Source: an uncultured Thomasclavelia sp.
GTDB lineage: Bacteria; Bacillota_I; Bacilli_A; Erysipelotrichales; Coprobacillaceae
Direction of reading: 5' to 3'
DNA length: 64,000 nucleotides
Assembly: GCA_910588165.1 (NCBI GenBank)
Contig: CAJUOR010000001.1
Span: 5,433 to 69,432, forward strand
Part shown: positions 19,009-29,407 of the stretch, piece by piece
Layout: each line of letters opens with the position of its first letter
Numbering within the stretch: position 1 is the first letter of the stretch
Translations under genes and position numbers: made by a program
The notes under the pieces: generated by a model
The model's input: only the letters and a program-made list of their open reading frames with translations
Told to the model about the DNA's origin: nothing
The model's database searches: none

Positions 19009-19917
19009 ATGAAAAAATATTTAGTTTTTGATTTTGGCGGGACATTCATCAAATATGCCTTGATGAATGAAAATGGAGAGATTTTAGAAAAAAGTAAGTT
19101 TCCAAGCCAAAGGGACAAACATACTTTGGAAACCTTTATGTCTGAAATTCAGCACGTTTATCTTAACTACAAGGAACAAATTTCAGGGATTGCCATCAGT
19201 TCTCCGGGTCTAGTCGACACAGATAGCGGCATGATTTACATTGGTGGTGCTTTAGGCAAATTCTTAGCCGATGTGAATTTGATTGAAGTTGTCAGAAAAA
19301 CTTGTGATAATATTCCGGTGAGTGTTGAAAACGATGGTAAATGTGCCGGTTTAGCAGAGATTTGGAAAGGCAGTGCCAAAGATAAGGATAGTGCGATTAC
19401 GATTGCCTTTGGGACAGGCATCGCCGGATCTGTTGTTTGGAATAATCACGTCCATCATGGCAAACATTTAATTGCCGGAGAATTTAGTTCATTATTATTA
19501 GATGGGGATTATCAAAATTGTGAAGTCATTAACTTTTCAACCCGATGTGCCACTAGCTCCATGGTTAAAAAAGCAGCCCAAGTATTAAACTTGCCTTTAG
19601 AAGAAATGAGCGGAGAAATTTTATTTGAAAAAGCCAGTCAAGGCGATATGGCTATGCAGGATATTTTAAATGAAACATACTACCACACAGCTATTCAGAT
19701 TTTAAATATTCAAACGATTTACGATCCCGATGTCTTTTTAATCGGCGGTGGCATTTCGGAACAGCCATGTGTGATTGAGGGAATTAACCGCTACATTCAA
19801 GAAATTCATGCCCAAAGTCCTCGTTTAGTTATTCCTGTAGTCCGTGCTTGTACATTTAAAAATGATGCTAATTTACTTGGAGCTTTATATCATCATTTAG
19901 CTCAATTTGAAAATTAA
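19009..19917 (+). CDS. ROK family sugar kinase
   Basis: VFDFGGTFIKYA N-terminal ATPase motif, ENDGKCAGLAE, and GTGIAGS glycine-rich motif. Confidence 0.75.
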   Translation: MKKYLVFDFGGTFIKYALMNENGEILEKSKFPSQRDKHTLETFMSEIQHVYLNYKEQISGIAISSPGLVDTDSGMIYIGGALGKFLADVNLIEVVRKTCDNIPVSVENDGKCAGLAEIWKGSAKDKDSAITIAFGTGIAGSVVWNNHVHHGKHLIAGEFSSLLLDGDYQNCEVINFSTRCATSSMVKKAAQVLNLPLEEMSGEILFEKASQGDMAMQDILNETYYHTAIQILNIQTIYDPDVFLIGGGISEQPCVIEGINRYIQEIHAQSPRLVIPVVRACTFKNDANLLGALYHHLAQFEN

Positions 19918-19940
19918 GTTATTTAAATAGCGTTTATTTT

Positions 19941-19963
19941 AAGGGAATCTGTTCCCTTTTTTC
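19941..19963 (+). terminator. Terminator of the ROK kinase gene
   Basis: AAGGGAA-tctg-TTCCCTT followed by TTTTT. Confidence 0.7.
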
Positions 19964-20010
19964 TGATTTCATCTAAAAAACGTATCCTCATAAAGATACG
20001 TTTGATCAAA

Positions 20011-20877
20011 CTATTTTCTGACTTCTTTAAAAAAAACAGTAATCGCTAATGTTTCTTTAACTTTATAAATCATAATTGAAATAAGTGTACTGATTAAACC
20101 AATCAAAACAGCTAGTATAAGATTAAATACGAAGATAGAAACAGACGGTAAAATCGTTAATAACTGTTGAAACATAGTTGTTAGTGCAACTGAGAATGCA
20201 TTTACGATAATGGCTGAAATCAAAACGTATGGCAAATAAGTCAAACGCAAGCCGATATAAGTCATAAAATGACCTTTCATGCTTTTGACGGAAGCTGCTA
20301 AAGATGCAAATAATCCCATTTCATCTTCTATCACATAATAATAAGATAAACTGAAATAAGATTGAACGATAAATCCGATAATAATAGCTACGACAATCCC
20401 TAACAATGTCCCTAAGAAAATTGTAATGGCACCATCTGAGAAGAGGCTTTCGACATTACCTGTAAAAACTACTCTTAGAGCAGTGGCTAATTCATCTAGC
20501 GAATGGCTGGAAACATAAACAAAAATCATTAAGGTTAAAACCTGAACAAGATAGATGACTAATGTTCGCCCCACAAAAGGAATCATAATCTTAAAATATT
20601 TTTTAATTCCCGCAAATGTAAAAGAAGCTGTCTTAACTTCTTTAGCGCGATGCTCATAAGCTAATAAAGAAGCCTTTACCATACCGTATTCAATCGGACT
20701 AAATAAAGCCGCAATTAAATAAAGATAAGGTATATTAACTTCTGCGCCAATAATATCTAATACAGACTTAGCAACTGCCACAATACCTGTAACCGCAAAA
20801 AATGTACCGGTGATATAGTGACTGCTTCTGCTATATAGCAAATTGGCTTCATTTCTGATTTCTTTAATTGTTTTCAT
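20011..20877 (-). CDS. Integral membrane protein (DUF975-like)
   Basis: 288 aa with multiple TM segments. The N-terminal IKEIRNEA...helix pattern resembles DUF975 proteins. Weak call. Confidence 0.4.
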   Translation of the reverse strand: MKTIKEIRNEANLLYSRSSHYITGTFFAVTGIVAVAKSVLDIIGAEVNIPYLYLIAALFSPIEYGMVKASLLAYEHRAKEVKTASFTFAGIKKYFKIMIPFVGRTLVIYLVQVLTLMIFVYVSSHSLDELATALRVVFTGNVESLFSDGAITIFLGTLLGIVVAIIIGFIVQSYFSLSYYYVIEDEMGLFASLAASVKSMKGHFMTYIGLRLTYLPYVLISAIIVNAFSVALTTMFQQLLTILPSVSIFVFNLILAVLIGLISTLISIMIYKVKETLAITVFFKEVRK

Positions 20878-21018
20878 TTTAAATCCTCCCCGAATAGCTT
20901 CATTATATCATAACTTCAATAAAATTGAAATTTTATTAAAAAAAAGTTTTCTTTTCCTATATTGGTTGAGAATGATTTAAAAAAATGCTAGAATATATGA
21001 GAAAAGGAGGCGCCAACG

Positions 21019-21897
21019 ATGCCCAAAATCGCTATTATGACTGACAGCAACAGTGGAATTACCCAAAAGCAAGCTAAAGAATTAGGAATCTATGTCGTCC
21101 CTATGCCTTTTACCATTAATCAAGAAGATTACGAAGAAGATATTAACTTAACTCGTAAACAATTTTTTGAAATGTTAGAAAATGGAGCTACGGTATCCAC
21201 TTCACAGCCCTCTTTAGGTAAATTAGCTGCCTTATTTGAAAAATTATTAGAAGAATATGATGAAATTGTCTATATGCCGATGTCTAGCGGATTATCCGGC
21301 TCATATCAAAGCGCTAAGGTATTAGCCGAAGATTATCATGGACGTATTCAGGTAGTTAATAATCAACGTATTTCAGCAACTCTCGAACAAGATGTTTACG
21401 ATGCCTTAGTCTATGTCAAACAAGGTAAAAACGCTAGTGAAATTCGTCAAATTTTAGAAGATAAACGCTTTGATTGTTGCATTTATATCACCGTTGATAC
21501 CTTAAGTTATTTAAGCAAAGGCGGACGCATTACTCCTGCGGTTGCCGCTATTGGTAATCTCTTGAAAATCCGTCCGATCATGAATATTGACGGTGGGAAA
21601 TTAGATTTATTTGCGAAAGCCAGAACACAAGCAAAAGCCGAAAAAATTATGATTGATGCCTTGCGTCATGATATTGAAACACGAATAGATCCACAAGGAC
21701 ATGGAGATAATGTTTATGTACGCATTGCTCATTCCAACTGTTTAGAAGAAGCCGAAAAATTAAGAGAAAAATTAAAAGCAGAATTTCCGGGACAGGAAGT
21801 TCGTATCGTGCCTTTGGCATTATCTATCGCCTGCCACACCGGGCCTGGCGCACTAGGTTGTGGATGTGTATCAAAAATGGTTGAAAAGGATGCCTAG
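21019..21897 (+). CDS. DegV family fatty-acid-binding protein (FakB-like)
   Basis: IAIMTDSNSGIT start, STSQPS motif, LSGSYQSA motif. Confidence 0.88.
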   Translation: MPKIAIMTDSNSGITQKQAKELGIYVVPMPFTINQEDYEEDINLTRKQFFEMLENGATVSTSQPSLGKLAALFEKLLEEYDEIVYMPMSSGLSGSYQSAKVLAEDYHGRIQVVNNQRISATLEQDVYDALVYVKQGKNASEIRQILEDKRFDCCIYITVDTLSYLSKGGRITPAVAAIGNLLKIRPIMNIDGGKLDLFAKARTQAKAEKIMIDALRHDIETRIDPQGHGDNVYVRIAHSNCLEEAEKLREKLKAEFPGQEVRIVPLALSIACHTGPGALGCGCVSKMVEKDA

Positions 21898-21956
21898 CAT
21901 TCTTTTTTCCTTTTCATTTGGGTATAATATATAAAATTTAAGAAAGAGGTGACCCT

Positions 21957-23729
21957 ATGCCATATACTCAAAACAATATTTCTCGTCATCAAACGACAGG
22001 TAATAGACAAACCAGAAAACCTGTCAATAGACAGCAAAATACCTATGACCGCTTTAAAGATACACGTGTCTTTGCCTTAGGTGGTTTAAATGAAGTAGGT
22101 AAAAATATGTATTGTATTGAACATAATGACGAAATTATGATTATTGATGCCGGTGTCAAATTTGCCGAGTATACACTTCCGGGAATCGACTACGTTATTC
22201 CCGATTACACTTATTTAGTTAGAAATCAAAGAAAGATTAAAGGGCTTCTGATCACGCATGGTCACGAGGACCATATCGGAGGCATTCCGTTTCTTTTGCG
22301 TTTAGTTCATATTCCGATGATTTATGCCTCACCTTTAGCTTGTGCCTTAATCACAAGAAAGCTCGAGGAACATCGCTTGACTCATGTTACTAAATTCTTC
22401 CGCATTGATGATGAAACTCAAATCAAAACAAAATATTTTAATATCGGTTTTTTCAAAACCAATCACTCTGTTCCTGAATCTATGGGAATTATTGTCAATA
22501 CACCTAACGGTCGAATTGTTTCAACCGGTGACTTTAAATTCGATTTAACACCGGTCGGTGATGCTGCCGATTTACAGAAAATGTCTTTTTTAGGTTTTAC
22601 AGGTGTAACACTTTTAATGAGTGACTCAACTAACTCCGAAGTACCGGCTTTCTCAATCAGTGAAAAGAAAGTCGCTAATTCCATTCAAGATATATTCAGA
22701 AAAACCGATGGTCGTTTAATTGTCGCAACCTTTGCCTCAAATGTTCATCGTGTTCAACAGATTATTGATTCGGCGGTTAAGTTTGATCGTCGTATCCTTG
22801 TCTATGGACGTTCGATGGAAAATGTCATCACGACTTCCAGAAAAATGGGTTATATTAAATGTCCTGATCGCTTCTTCATTAAAAATTCCGAAGCTAAACA
22901 TTTTAAAGATAATCAAATTTTAATTTTATGTACCGGTAGCCAAGGAGAACCATTAGCAGCTCTATCAAGAATTGCCGCCGGAACACATCGTAATATTTCA
23001 ATTAAACCGGGTGATACCGTGGTCTTTTCAAGTAGTGCGATTCCCGGTAATGCGACTAGTATCAATCATGTCGTTAATCAACTCTTTAGATCGGGAGCTA
23101 ATGTCTTAACCCATTCAGCTTTCAACTCTTTACATACTTCAGGACACGCCGGTCAGGAAGAACAGAAACTGATGTTACTTTTGATGAAGCCTAAATATTT
23201 TATGCCAATGCATGGCGAATACCGTATGTTGAAAATTCACGCTAAGCTATCCCATGAAGTTGGCGTTAATCCACGCAATGCTTTTGTGCTTTCAAATGGC
23301 GATACTATTATTTTAAGAAATGAAGAAGCTTTTCGTGGTGCCCGTGTGCAAACAGACGATATCTACGTTGACGGTAATGATATTACCGGTTTATCAACTG
23401 CTGTCTTAAGAGATAGACAAAACCTTTCTAATGATGGTATGGTGTCCATTTTAATCAGCATGGATTCTCATGCCGGTAAGCTTCTAACCCGCCCGGTTAT
23501 CATTTCCAGAGGATTTGTCTACATGAAAGAAAGTACGGAAATGATTAAAGAAGCTGAAAATCTCATTCAGACAACACTGACTAAACTTCTATCACGCAAA
23601 ACAACATTTGCGGAAATCAAAAATACCATTCGTGATACCCTCGAGCCATATTTTTACACTAAAACTAACCGCAATCCAATGGTGATTCCTGTCATCATGA
23701 ACAAAAAACAACAGCCTCATGCTCATTAA
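21957..23729 (+). CDS. rnj: Ribonuclease J
   Basis: ITHGHEDHIGG metallo-beta-lactamase motif, beta-CASP region, HTSGHA motif. 590 aa with a basic N-terminal extension. Confidence 0.9.
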   Translation: MPYTQNNISRHQTTGNRQTRKPVNRQQNTYDRFKDTRVFALGGLNEVGKNMYCIEHNDEIMIIDAGVKFAEYTLPGIDYVIPDYTYLVRNQRKIKGLLITHGHEDHIGGIPFLLRLVHIPMIYASPLACALITRKLEEHRLTHVTKFFRIDDETQIKTKYFNIGFFKTNHSVPESMGIIVNTPNGRIVSTGDFKFDLTPVGDAADLQKMSFLGFTGVTLLMSDSTNSEVPAFSISEKKVANSIQDIFRKTDGRLIVATFASNVHRVQQIIDSAVKFDRRILVYGRSMENVITTSRKMGYIKCPDRFFIKNSEAKHFKDNQILILCTGSQGEPLAALSRIAAGTHRNISIKPGDTVVFSSSAIPGNATSINHVVNQLFRSGANVLTHSAFNSLHTSGHAGQEEQKLMLLLMKPKYFMPMHGEYRMLKIHAKLSHEVGVNPRNAFVLSNGDTIILRNEEAFRGARVQTDDIYVDGNDITGLSTAVLRDRQNLSNDGMVSILISMDSHAGKLLTRPVIISRGFVYMKESTEMIKEAENLIQTTLTKLLSRKTTFAEIKNTIRDTLEPYFYTKTNRNPMVIPVIMNKKQQPHAH

Positions 23730-24621
23730 AAAACTGATTAGAATTATTGTTGTACTGCTAATTCTCATTGGGATATGCGGGGGATTTTGGTATCACAGTT
23801 CCACGATTGCTCCCACTAAATATGTTATGCAAAGCGTCAATGTCCAAGATGAGCTTATTCCCAATGCCTTTGAAGGTTTTAAAATCGGCTTTATTTCAGA
23901 TTTTGATTTACAAACTTCTAAAGATTTAAGTAATTTAGAAAAGTGTATTGAGAAACTTAATCAAGAAAAGTGCCACATGGTTATCTTCGGTGGGGATTTA
24001 TTTGAGAATGGTGAGATTTTTGATGACGATAAGCTCATTTCAATTCTTAAAAGTATTGAAACAACACATGGCAAATTAGCCGTCTTAGGTGAAACAGACT
24101 TTTTATCCGATATGGAAAAAACAATTAGTTTATTAGAGAAAAGCGGTTTTGAAGTTATGCGTAATCAAGCTCATAACATCTACTACAATGATGCTGCGAT
24201 TACTTTTGCGGGCATGGAAGCCAGTGGTGATGTGGAAAATGTTTTATCTAGTTCACAAAAAAATAATTTCGTGATGGTAGCTGTTCATCAACCGGATTAT
24301 TTTGATAAGATAAGTACAAGCAGTGTTAAACTACAGCTATCAGGTCATTCAGGCGGTGGTTTTATCCATTTGCCAATCATAGGCTCAACAGTTAAATTTG
24401 AAGGTGCTACTAATTATACACACGGTCATTATACGAAAAACAATTGTCATTTGTATATTACTAATGGTGTAGGTATGGGGCATGAGCAAACAGCTCGTTT
24501 CAACTGCAATCCGGGTGCAACCATCATTACCTTACATAGTACCCAATTAAAAGATAAGAAAGAGCAAACACCTAAACAGGAAGAGCCCAAAGCAGATGAT
24601 CAAAAAAATAACAACAAATAG
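23719..24621 (+). CDS. Membrane-anchored YkuE/YpbG-like metallophosphoesterase homolog with substituted metal-ligand motifs
   Basis: Collinear with calcineurin-like phosphoesterases (GGDLFE, VHQPD). The other motifs read SDFDL (not DxH), GETD (not GNHD/E) and GHSGGG (not GHxHGG). Overlaps the rnj stop by 11 nt. Confidence 0.65.
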   Translation: MLIKKLIRIIVVLLILIGICGGFWYHSSTIAPTKYVMQSVNVQDELIPNAFEGFKIGFISDFDLQTSKDLSNLEKCIEKLNQEKCHMVIFGGDLFENGEIFDDDKLISILKSIETTHGKLAVLGETDFLSDMEKTISLLEKSGFEVMRNQAHNIYYNDAAITFAGMEASGDVENVLSSSQKNNFVMVAVHQPDYFDKISTSSVKLQLSGHSGGGFIHLPIIGSTVKFEGATNYTHGHYTKNNCHLYITNGVGMGHEQTARFNCNPGATIITLHSTQLKDKKEQTPKQEEPKADDQKNNNK

Positions 24622-24711
24622 TAAGCAAAAAGACGATATTATCAGAAAATAATCTGAATACTATCGTCTTTTTTAGTCTGAAAATGATAAGTTAAATAGG
24701 AAAGGCACTTC

Positions 24712-25182
24712 TTAACTTTCAATGATTTCAATAACCTCTCCCACATACATACGATGAGCGGCTTCTGTTTCATAATACTGCAAGATAACATCTTCACTCA
24801 TTTGCGTTACGTCTAAATCTTGCTTATAAATTTTGCGACAGACAAGCGTGATTTTAGCTTCCTCAAAAGTTACCCCATTTTCTAAAGCCTTAGCATGAAG
24901 TTTTGTCAATGCCACTTTATCCCCATCACGTCCTGATTTACTTCCTAAAATGCCTAAATCTTTACGATATTGCTTATCAAAAAAAGTAATTGTAAAGTAG
25001 TCATTCTTCTCTAAAAACTGATAAGTATAGCGGATCGGCTTAACATATACCGTAGCCACCTGTTTTGACCAAAGCGTACCCAATCCGCCCCAAGAAATAG
25101 TCATCGTATTATAATCGTCTAATGAACCGGCTGTTACCAATGCCCAATCATCATGATACATATTAGCAGTTAATCTTTGCAT
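24712..25182 (-). CDS. Flavin reductase-like (FMN-binding split-barrel) family protein
   Basis: DDWALVTAG...NTMTISWGGLG pattern is typical of the family. Start moved to MQRL after a GAGGAG RBS. Confidence 0.5.
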   Translation of the reverse strand: MQRLTANMYHDDWALVTAGSLDDYNTMTISWGGLGTLWSKQVATVYVKPIRYTYQFLEKNDYFTITFFDKQYRKDLGILGSKSGRDGDKVALTKLHAKALENGVTFEEAKITLVCRKIYKQDLDVTQMSEDVILQYYETEAAHRMYVGEVIEIIES

Positions 25183-25280
25183 TTTCATCATCTCCTCATA
25201 GTATATTATAGCATACATGATGCACTTTTCATGCCTTTTTTGTAGATACACCTTTATTATTTTCCATATCTTAAGCATAC

Positions 25281-25308
25281 TAAAAGCACTTCGATATTGA
25301 AGTGCTCT
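25281..25308 (-). terminator. Terminator of trkA-trkH
   Basis: AGCACTTC-loop-GAAGTGCT followed by TTTTAG on the minus strand. Confidence 0.7.
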
Positions 25309-25313
25309 ATTGA

Positions 25314-26753
25314 TTAACGGTGCATATCTTTCATAAATAAAACTAAGAACGGGAATAGTTCTAATCTTCCTACCAGCATATCAAAGGATAAAACCAATTT
25401 CGCTAAACCGCTTAAACTAGAGAAATTTCCTACCGGACCAACTACATTAAATCCCGGACCAACATTATTTAAACACGTAACAACAGATGAAAATGAAGAA
25501 GCAAAATCTAAATTATCCAAAGAAACAATTAGGAAGGAAATAAATAGAATTAAGAAATAGAAAATAAAATAAGCATGAATACTGTTTAAGACACTTGCGG
25601 AAAGTGGCTCTCCTTCTAATTTAACTGTTGATACACTATGAGGGTGAATCAATTGTTTTAATTCCTTTTTCGCATTTTTACATACAATCATAATCCGTGA
25701 AATCTTCATGCCACCACCGGTTGACCCCGCACAAGCACCTACAAACATCAAACAGAATAGGATTGCCTGTGAAAACATCGGCCACTGTCCGTAATCTGCC
25801 GTTATATAACCGGTTGTCGTAATCACACTGACGACTTGGAAAGAAGCATAACGTAAAGCCTGCAACATATTAGGGTAAAGGTGCAAAATATTCAATGTAA
25901 TGAAAAGCGTTGCCCCTACAATAATCGTAATATACCAACGTAACTCGTGATTTTTATAAACATCTCTAAAATGCTTAAGTAGCATAAAGTAAAACAAGTT
26001 AAAGTTAATACCAAATAGCAACATAAAAATAGTAATAACAGCATCTATATACGCACTGTCGTAAGCAGCAATACTCGCATTTTTAATGGCAAAACCACCG
26101 GTTCCGGCAGTTCCAAAGGAATTAACCAAGCTATCAAATAAAGGCATACCCCCAAACATCAGCAATACAACTTCCATTAGGGTTAATCCTAGATAAATCT
26201 TATATAAAATTTGAGCTGTCACTTTAATTTTAGATACAAGCTTACCGACAATCGGACCTGGTATCTCAGCTCTTAAAATATGTAAGGAACTTCCATAGGA
26301 ATCAGGTAAAATAGCCACGACAAAAACTAAGATTCCCATACCGCCAACCCAATGCGAGAAGCTTCGCCAAAATAATCCCGCATGGCTCATTCCTTCAATA
26401 TTTGTCAAGATAGATGAACCGGTTGTCGTAAAACCGGAAACAGTTTCAAAGAAAGCATCAATATAAGAAGGAATTTCACGACTTAGATAAAATGGTAAAG
26501 CCCCAAATAACGATAAGACAGTCCAAGCTAAAGCAACAATCAAGAACCCTTCACGCGCATGAATTTTCGTTTTAAGTGGTCGTTTATAGCTTAAAAGATA
26601 ACCTATCCCTAGTAATACCAAGGCAACTTCGCCAAAGATGAGGGCTACTTCTTTTTCTTGGTAAATCAAGCCAACCATAAATGGTAAGCCTAACATGATT
26701 CCCTCGAGCATAAGCATTCTGCCAAGTGTGTAAACAATCATTTTCTTATTCAT
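25314..26753 (-). CDS. trkH: Potassium uptake protein TrkH
   Basis: 479 aa polytopic protein with repeated selectivity-filter-like TTTGS / GTGG / TTTGY / STGGG motifs. Confidence 0.88.
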   Translation of the reverse strand: MNKKMIVYTLGRMLMLEGIMLGLPFMVGLIYQEKEVALIFGEVALVLLGIGYLLSYKRPLKTKIHAREGFLIVALAWTVLSLFGALPFYLSREIPSYIDAFFETVSGFTTTGSSILTNIEGMSHAGLFWRSFSHWVGGMGILVFVVAILPDSYGSSLHILRAEIPGPIVGKLVSKIKVTAQILYKIYLGLTLMEVVLLMFGGMPLFDSLVNSFGTAGTGGFAIKNASIAAYDSAYIDAVITIFMLLFGINFNLFYFMLLKHFRDVYKNHELRWYITIIVGATLFITLNILHLYPNMLQALRYASFQVVSVITTTGYITADYGQWPMFSQAILFCLMFVGACAGSTGGGMKISRIMIVCKNAKKELKQLIHPHSVSTVKLEGEPLSASVLNSIHAYFIFYFLILFISFLIVSLDNLDFASSFSSVVTCLNNVGPGFNVVGPVGNFSSLSGLAKLVLSFDMLVGRLELFPFLVLFMKDMHR

Positions 26754-26755
26754 AG

Positions 26756-28120
26756 TTACACCTCAAAAATATCGTTCAAATGGGCTATTTTACGATTTTT
26801 GACAACAATGACAATATGGTCGTTTAACTCAATAACAGTATCTCCTTTAGGTACGATAATATCTGTACCACGAAGAATTGCCGCAACCAATACACCATCT
26901 TTAATAGGAATTTGGCTTAGTGGCATACCGACGTATTTAATTTTAGAACCGACGATAAACTCTAATGCTTCAACTTGTTCGTCAACTAACTGATACATCG
27001 TTTGAACAGCACTGATTTCATCTCCGTTAACTTTAGCTCGCACATAACCTAGAATTTGGTTGGCGATAACTTGTTTTGGTGAAATTGTACTGTCAATATC
27101 TAGCTTAGAAACAGCATTATACATCGTCGTACTGTTGACCTTAGCAATAACCTTTTTAACATTCAACTGTTTGGCCAATAAAGATAAAATAATATTTTCT
27201 TCGTCCATACCTGTTAGGCAAACAAAGGCATCGGTTTTTTCAATATTTTCTTCAAGCAATAAATTTTCATCACTGCCATCGCCTTGAATAATGGTTGCTT
27301 CATGTAAAGCTTCAGCCAACTTCCAACAACTTTTCTGATCTCTTTCGATAATCTTAACGTGAATACCTTGAGCTAATAAAATTTTACTTAAGTAAAAGGC
27401 TACTCGGCTCCCACCGATAATCATCACATTTTTAATAGATTTTGATACAATACAAATATCTAAACTAAATAAAGCAATATCCCTATGTGTTCCGGTAACA
27501 TAAACTTCATCTTCGTCTTGCACAACAAAATTTCCACTAGGAATAATAATTTCATTATCACGGCGAACCGCACAGACTAAGACATTTGAACGTTTTGAAA
27601 CTTGAGATAGCTGATGCAAAGGCAAACCGTTAAGTTTTGAGCGTTTCGTCATACGTATGCCGACTAACTCTACTTTACCGCCGGCAAAACATTCAATACT
27701 GTTTGCGGTAGGAAATAAGATTAATCGAGAGGTTTCCTTAGCTATTTCCGCCTCTGGATTGGCAATCATTGAAAAGCCAAAGTTCTCTTTAAAGAAATGA
27801 GCCTGCGTTGAATAGTCCGGATTTCTGACACGGGCAATCACATATTTTACATCCAATCGCTTGCTGACCATGCCTACTAAAATATTTAATTCATCTTCGC
27901 TTGTAACCGCAATTAAAATATCGGCATTTTGAACATCGGCTTGAGTTAAAATATCAGATCGTGCCCCATTTCCGCAGATGCCATTGACATCAAAGTAATT
28001 AACAACATTATTAACCTTATCCTTATCTAAATCAATGACAATTAAATCATGATTTTCCGAAGCTAAAGCCTGAGCTAAAACCTGTCCGACTTTACCTAAT
28101 CCAACGATGATAATTTTCAT
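26756..28120 (-). CDS. trkA: Potassium uptake protein TrkA (tandem RCK/NAD-binding domains)
   Basis: MKIIIVGLGKVG and IIGGSRV Rossmann motifs in two halves, 454 aa, immediately upstream of trkH. Confidence 0.88.
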   Translation of the reverse strand: MKIIIVGLGKVGQVLAQALASENHDLIVIDLDKDKVNNVVNYFDVNGICGNGARSDILTQADVQNADILIAVTSEDELNILVGMVSKRLDVKYVIARVRNPDYSTQAHFFKENFGFSMIANPEAEIAKETSRLILFPTANSIECFAGGKVELVGIRMTKRSKLNGLPLHQLSQVSKRSNVLVCAVRRDNEIIIPSGNFVVQDEDEVYVTGTHRDIALFSLDICIVSKSIKNVMIIGGSRVAFYLSKILLAQGIHVKIIERDQKSCWKLAEALHEATIIQGDGSDENLLLEENIEKTDAFVCLTGMDEENIILSLLAKQLNVKKVIAKVNSTTMYNAVSKLDIDSTISPKQVIANQILGYVRAKVNGDEISAVQTMYQLVDEQVEALEFIVGSKIKYVGMPLSQIPIKDGVLVAAILRGTDIIVPKGDTVIELNDHIVIVVKNRKIAHLNDIFEV

Positions 28121-28230
28121 TTTTTTCCCTCAATTCCAAAATAATCATAGCGGAATTATTATATCATATTTTTTTAGAAGTTAAGAGAAAGTGTCAGGTT
28201 TTGTCGAATTACCTCATTATAAAAAGCAGG

Positions 28231-28986
28231 TTATCCCTGCTTCATCATCAAACGTGCCTTTTTGGCAGCTTTTAAAATAATATTTCTCGCTTCTATGGCC
28301 TCTTGCTTTGTTGCCGGATTGACATCTTTCAATGGATAATCCATCTTAAGATTCTCATATTTAACTACTCCCATCGTATGATACGGTAAAACATCTAGGG
28401 CTTTTAAATTACCTAACTTAGCAATAAATTCACCTAGTCTTTCTAAATGTTCTATTTTATCTGTCAACCCGGGAACTAAAACATGGCGAATCCATAAAGG
28501 GACATTTTTCTCATTCAAATAGGTTGCGAAATCTAAAATAGCTTCATTAGGTTGCTTAACTAAGTTTAGATGGACTTGAGGGTCGATATGTTTAATATCT
28601 AACATCACTAAATCCGTAACTTTCATCAATCTATCAAACTTCGCCAATTTCTCAGGTTGACGGCTAAATGTAATTCCTGATGTATCTAAACACGTATGGA
28701 TATGTAATTCATGACACTTTTCAAATAATTCAATCACAAAATCAATTTGAAGCAAGGGTTCACCACCTGTACAAGTAATACCACCCTTCTTATAAAACTC
28801 GGCTTTTGTGTTATACATCTGTAATATCTCATCGACGCTCATTAACGTACCGCAATTAGGTTGCCACGTATCAGGATTGTGGCAATAGGCACAACGCATT
28901 GGACAGCCTTGAAAAAAAACCACAAATCTTATACCCGGCCCATCTACTGTTCCACAGCTCTCTGTTGAATGTATATAAGCTTTCAT
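28231..28986 (-). CDS. pflA: Pyruvate formate-lyase activating enzyme (radical SAM)
   Basis: ESCGTVDGPGIRFVVFFQGCPMRCAYCHNPDTW contains the CxxxCxxC cluster motif and the glycyl-radical activase N-terminus. Confidence 0.92.
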   Translation of the reverse strand: MKAYIHSTESCGTVDGPGIRFVVFFQGCPMRCAYCHNPDTWQPNCGTLMSVDEILQMYNTKAEFYKKGGITCTGGEPLLQIDFVIELFEKCHELHIHTCLDTSGITFSRQPEKLAKFDRLMKVTDLVMLDIKHIDPQVHLNLVKQPNEAILDFATYLNEKNVPLWIRHVLVPGLTDKIEHLERLGEFIAKLGNLKALDVLPYHTMGVVKYENLKMDYPLKDVNPATKQEAIEARNIILKAAKKARLMMKQG

Positions 28987-29021
28987 TCCAATCACCACCT
29001 ACTATTATTTTATCACAAATT

Positions 29022-29051
29022 AAAAAAACATGAAATAAATTCATGTTTTTT
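29022..29051. terminator. Hairpin terminator between the orphan PTS EIIB gene and pflA
   Basis: AAAAAACATGA-loop-TCATGTTTTTT, symmetric with A and T tracts. Confidence 0.7.
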
Positions 29052-29054
29052 AAA

Positions 29055-29354
29055 CTATTTTTCCATTTCTGCCACAATGTCTGCGAAAATTTTAGCTGCA
29101 TTGAAGTTTGCGAAATCTTCTTCGGAAACTAAAATAACTTTCTTATTAGGATCCATGGCTTTAATTTTGTCATAAGAACCTTTTAACTGTGGTGTTACTA
29201 ACACAACATCAGCTAATTTAATTGAATGTTCAACCGCATGTTCAGAAGCTGACCATACCATAACATCATTTCTTTTACGAGATGCTGCATCTTTTAATTT
29301 TGAAGCGAATAGTGTAGATGTTACACCTGCTAAGCAACATAATAAAATTCTCAT
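29055..29354 (-). CDS. PTS EIIB component, lactose/cellobiose family (orphan)
   Basis: MRILLCCLAGVTSTLFASKLK has the N-terminal phospho-Cys loop. 99 aa. No EIIA or EIIC gene nearby. Confidence 0.75.
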   Translation of the reverse strand: MRILLCCLAGVTSTLFASKLKDAASRKRNDVMVWSASEHAVEHSIKLADVVLVTPQLKGSYDKIKAMDPNKKVILVSEEDFANFNAAKIFADIVAEMEK

Positions 29355-29407
29355 AAAATTTCCTCCCTTTGTTCTCTTGTTAATATTTTATCATAAAAGG
29401 CACAAGA

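Noticed and set aside
28121-28230. Possible c-di-AMP (ydaO/kimA-type) riboswitch upstream of trkA
   Set aside because: The region is about 110 nt and also holds the pflA terminator and a promoter. It has no pseudo-symmetric ydaO-like conserved blocks.
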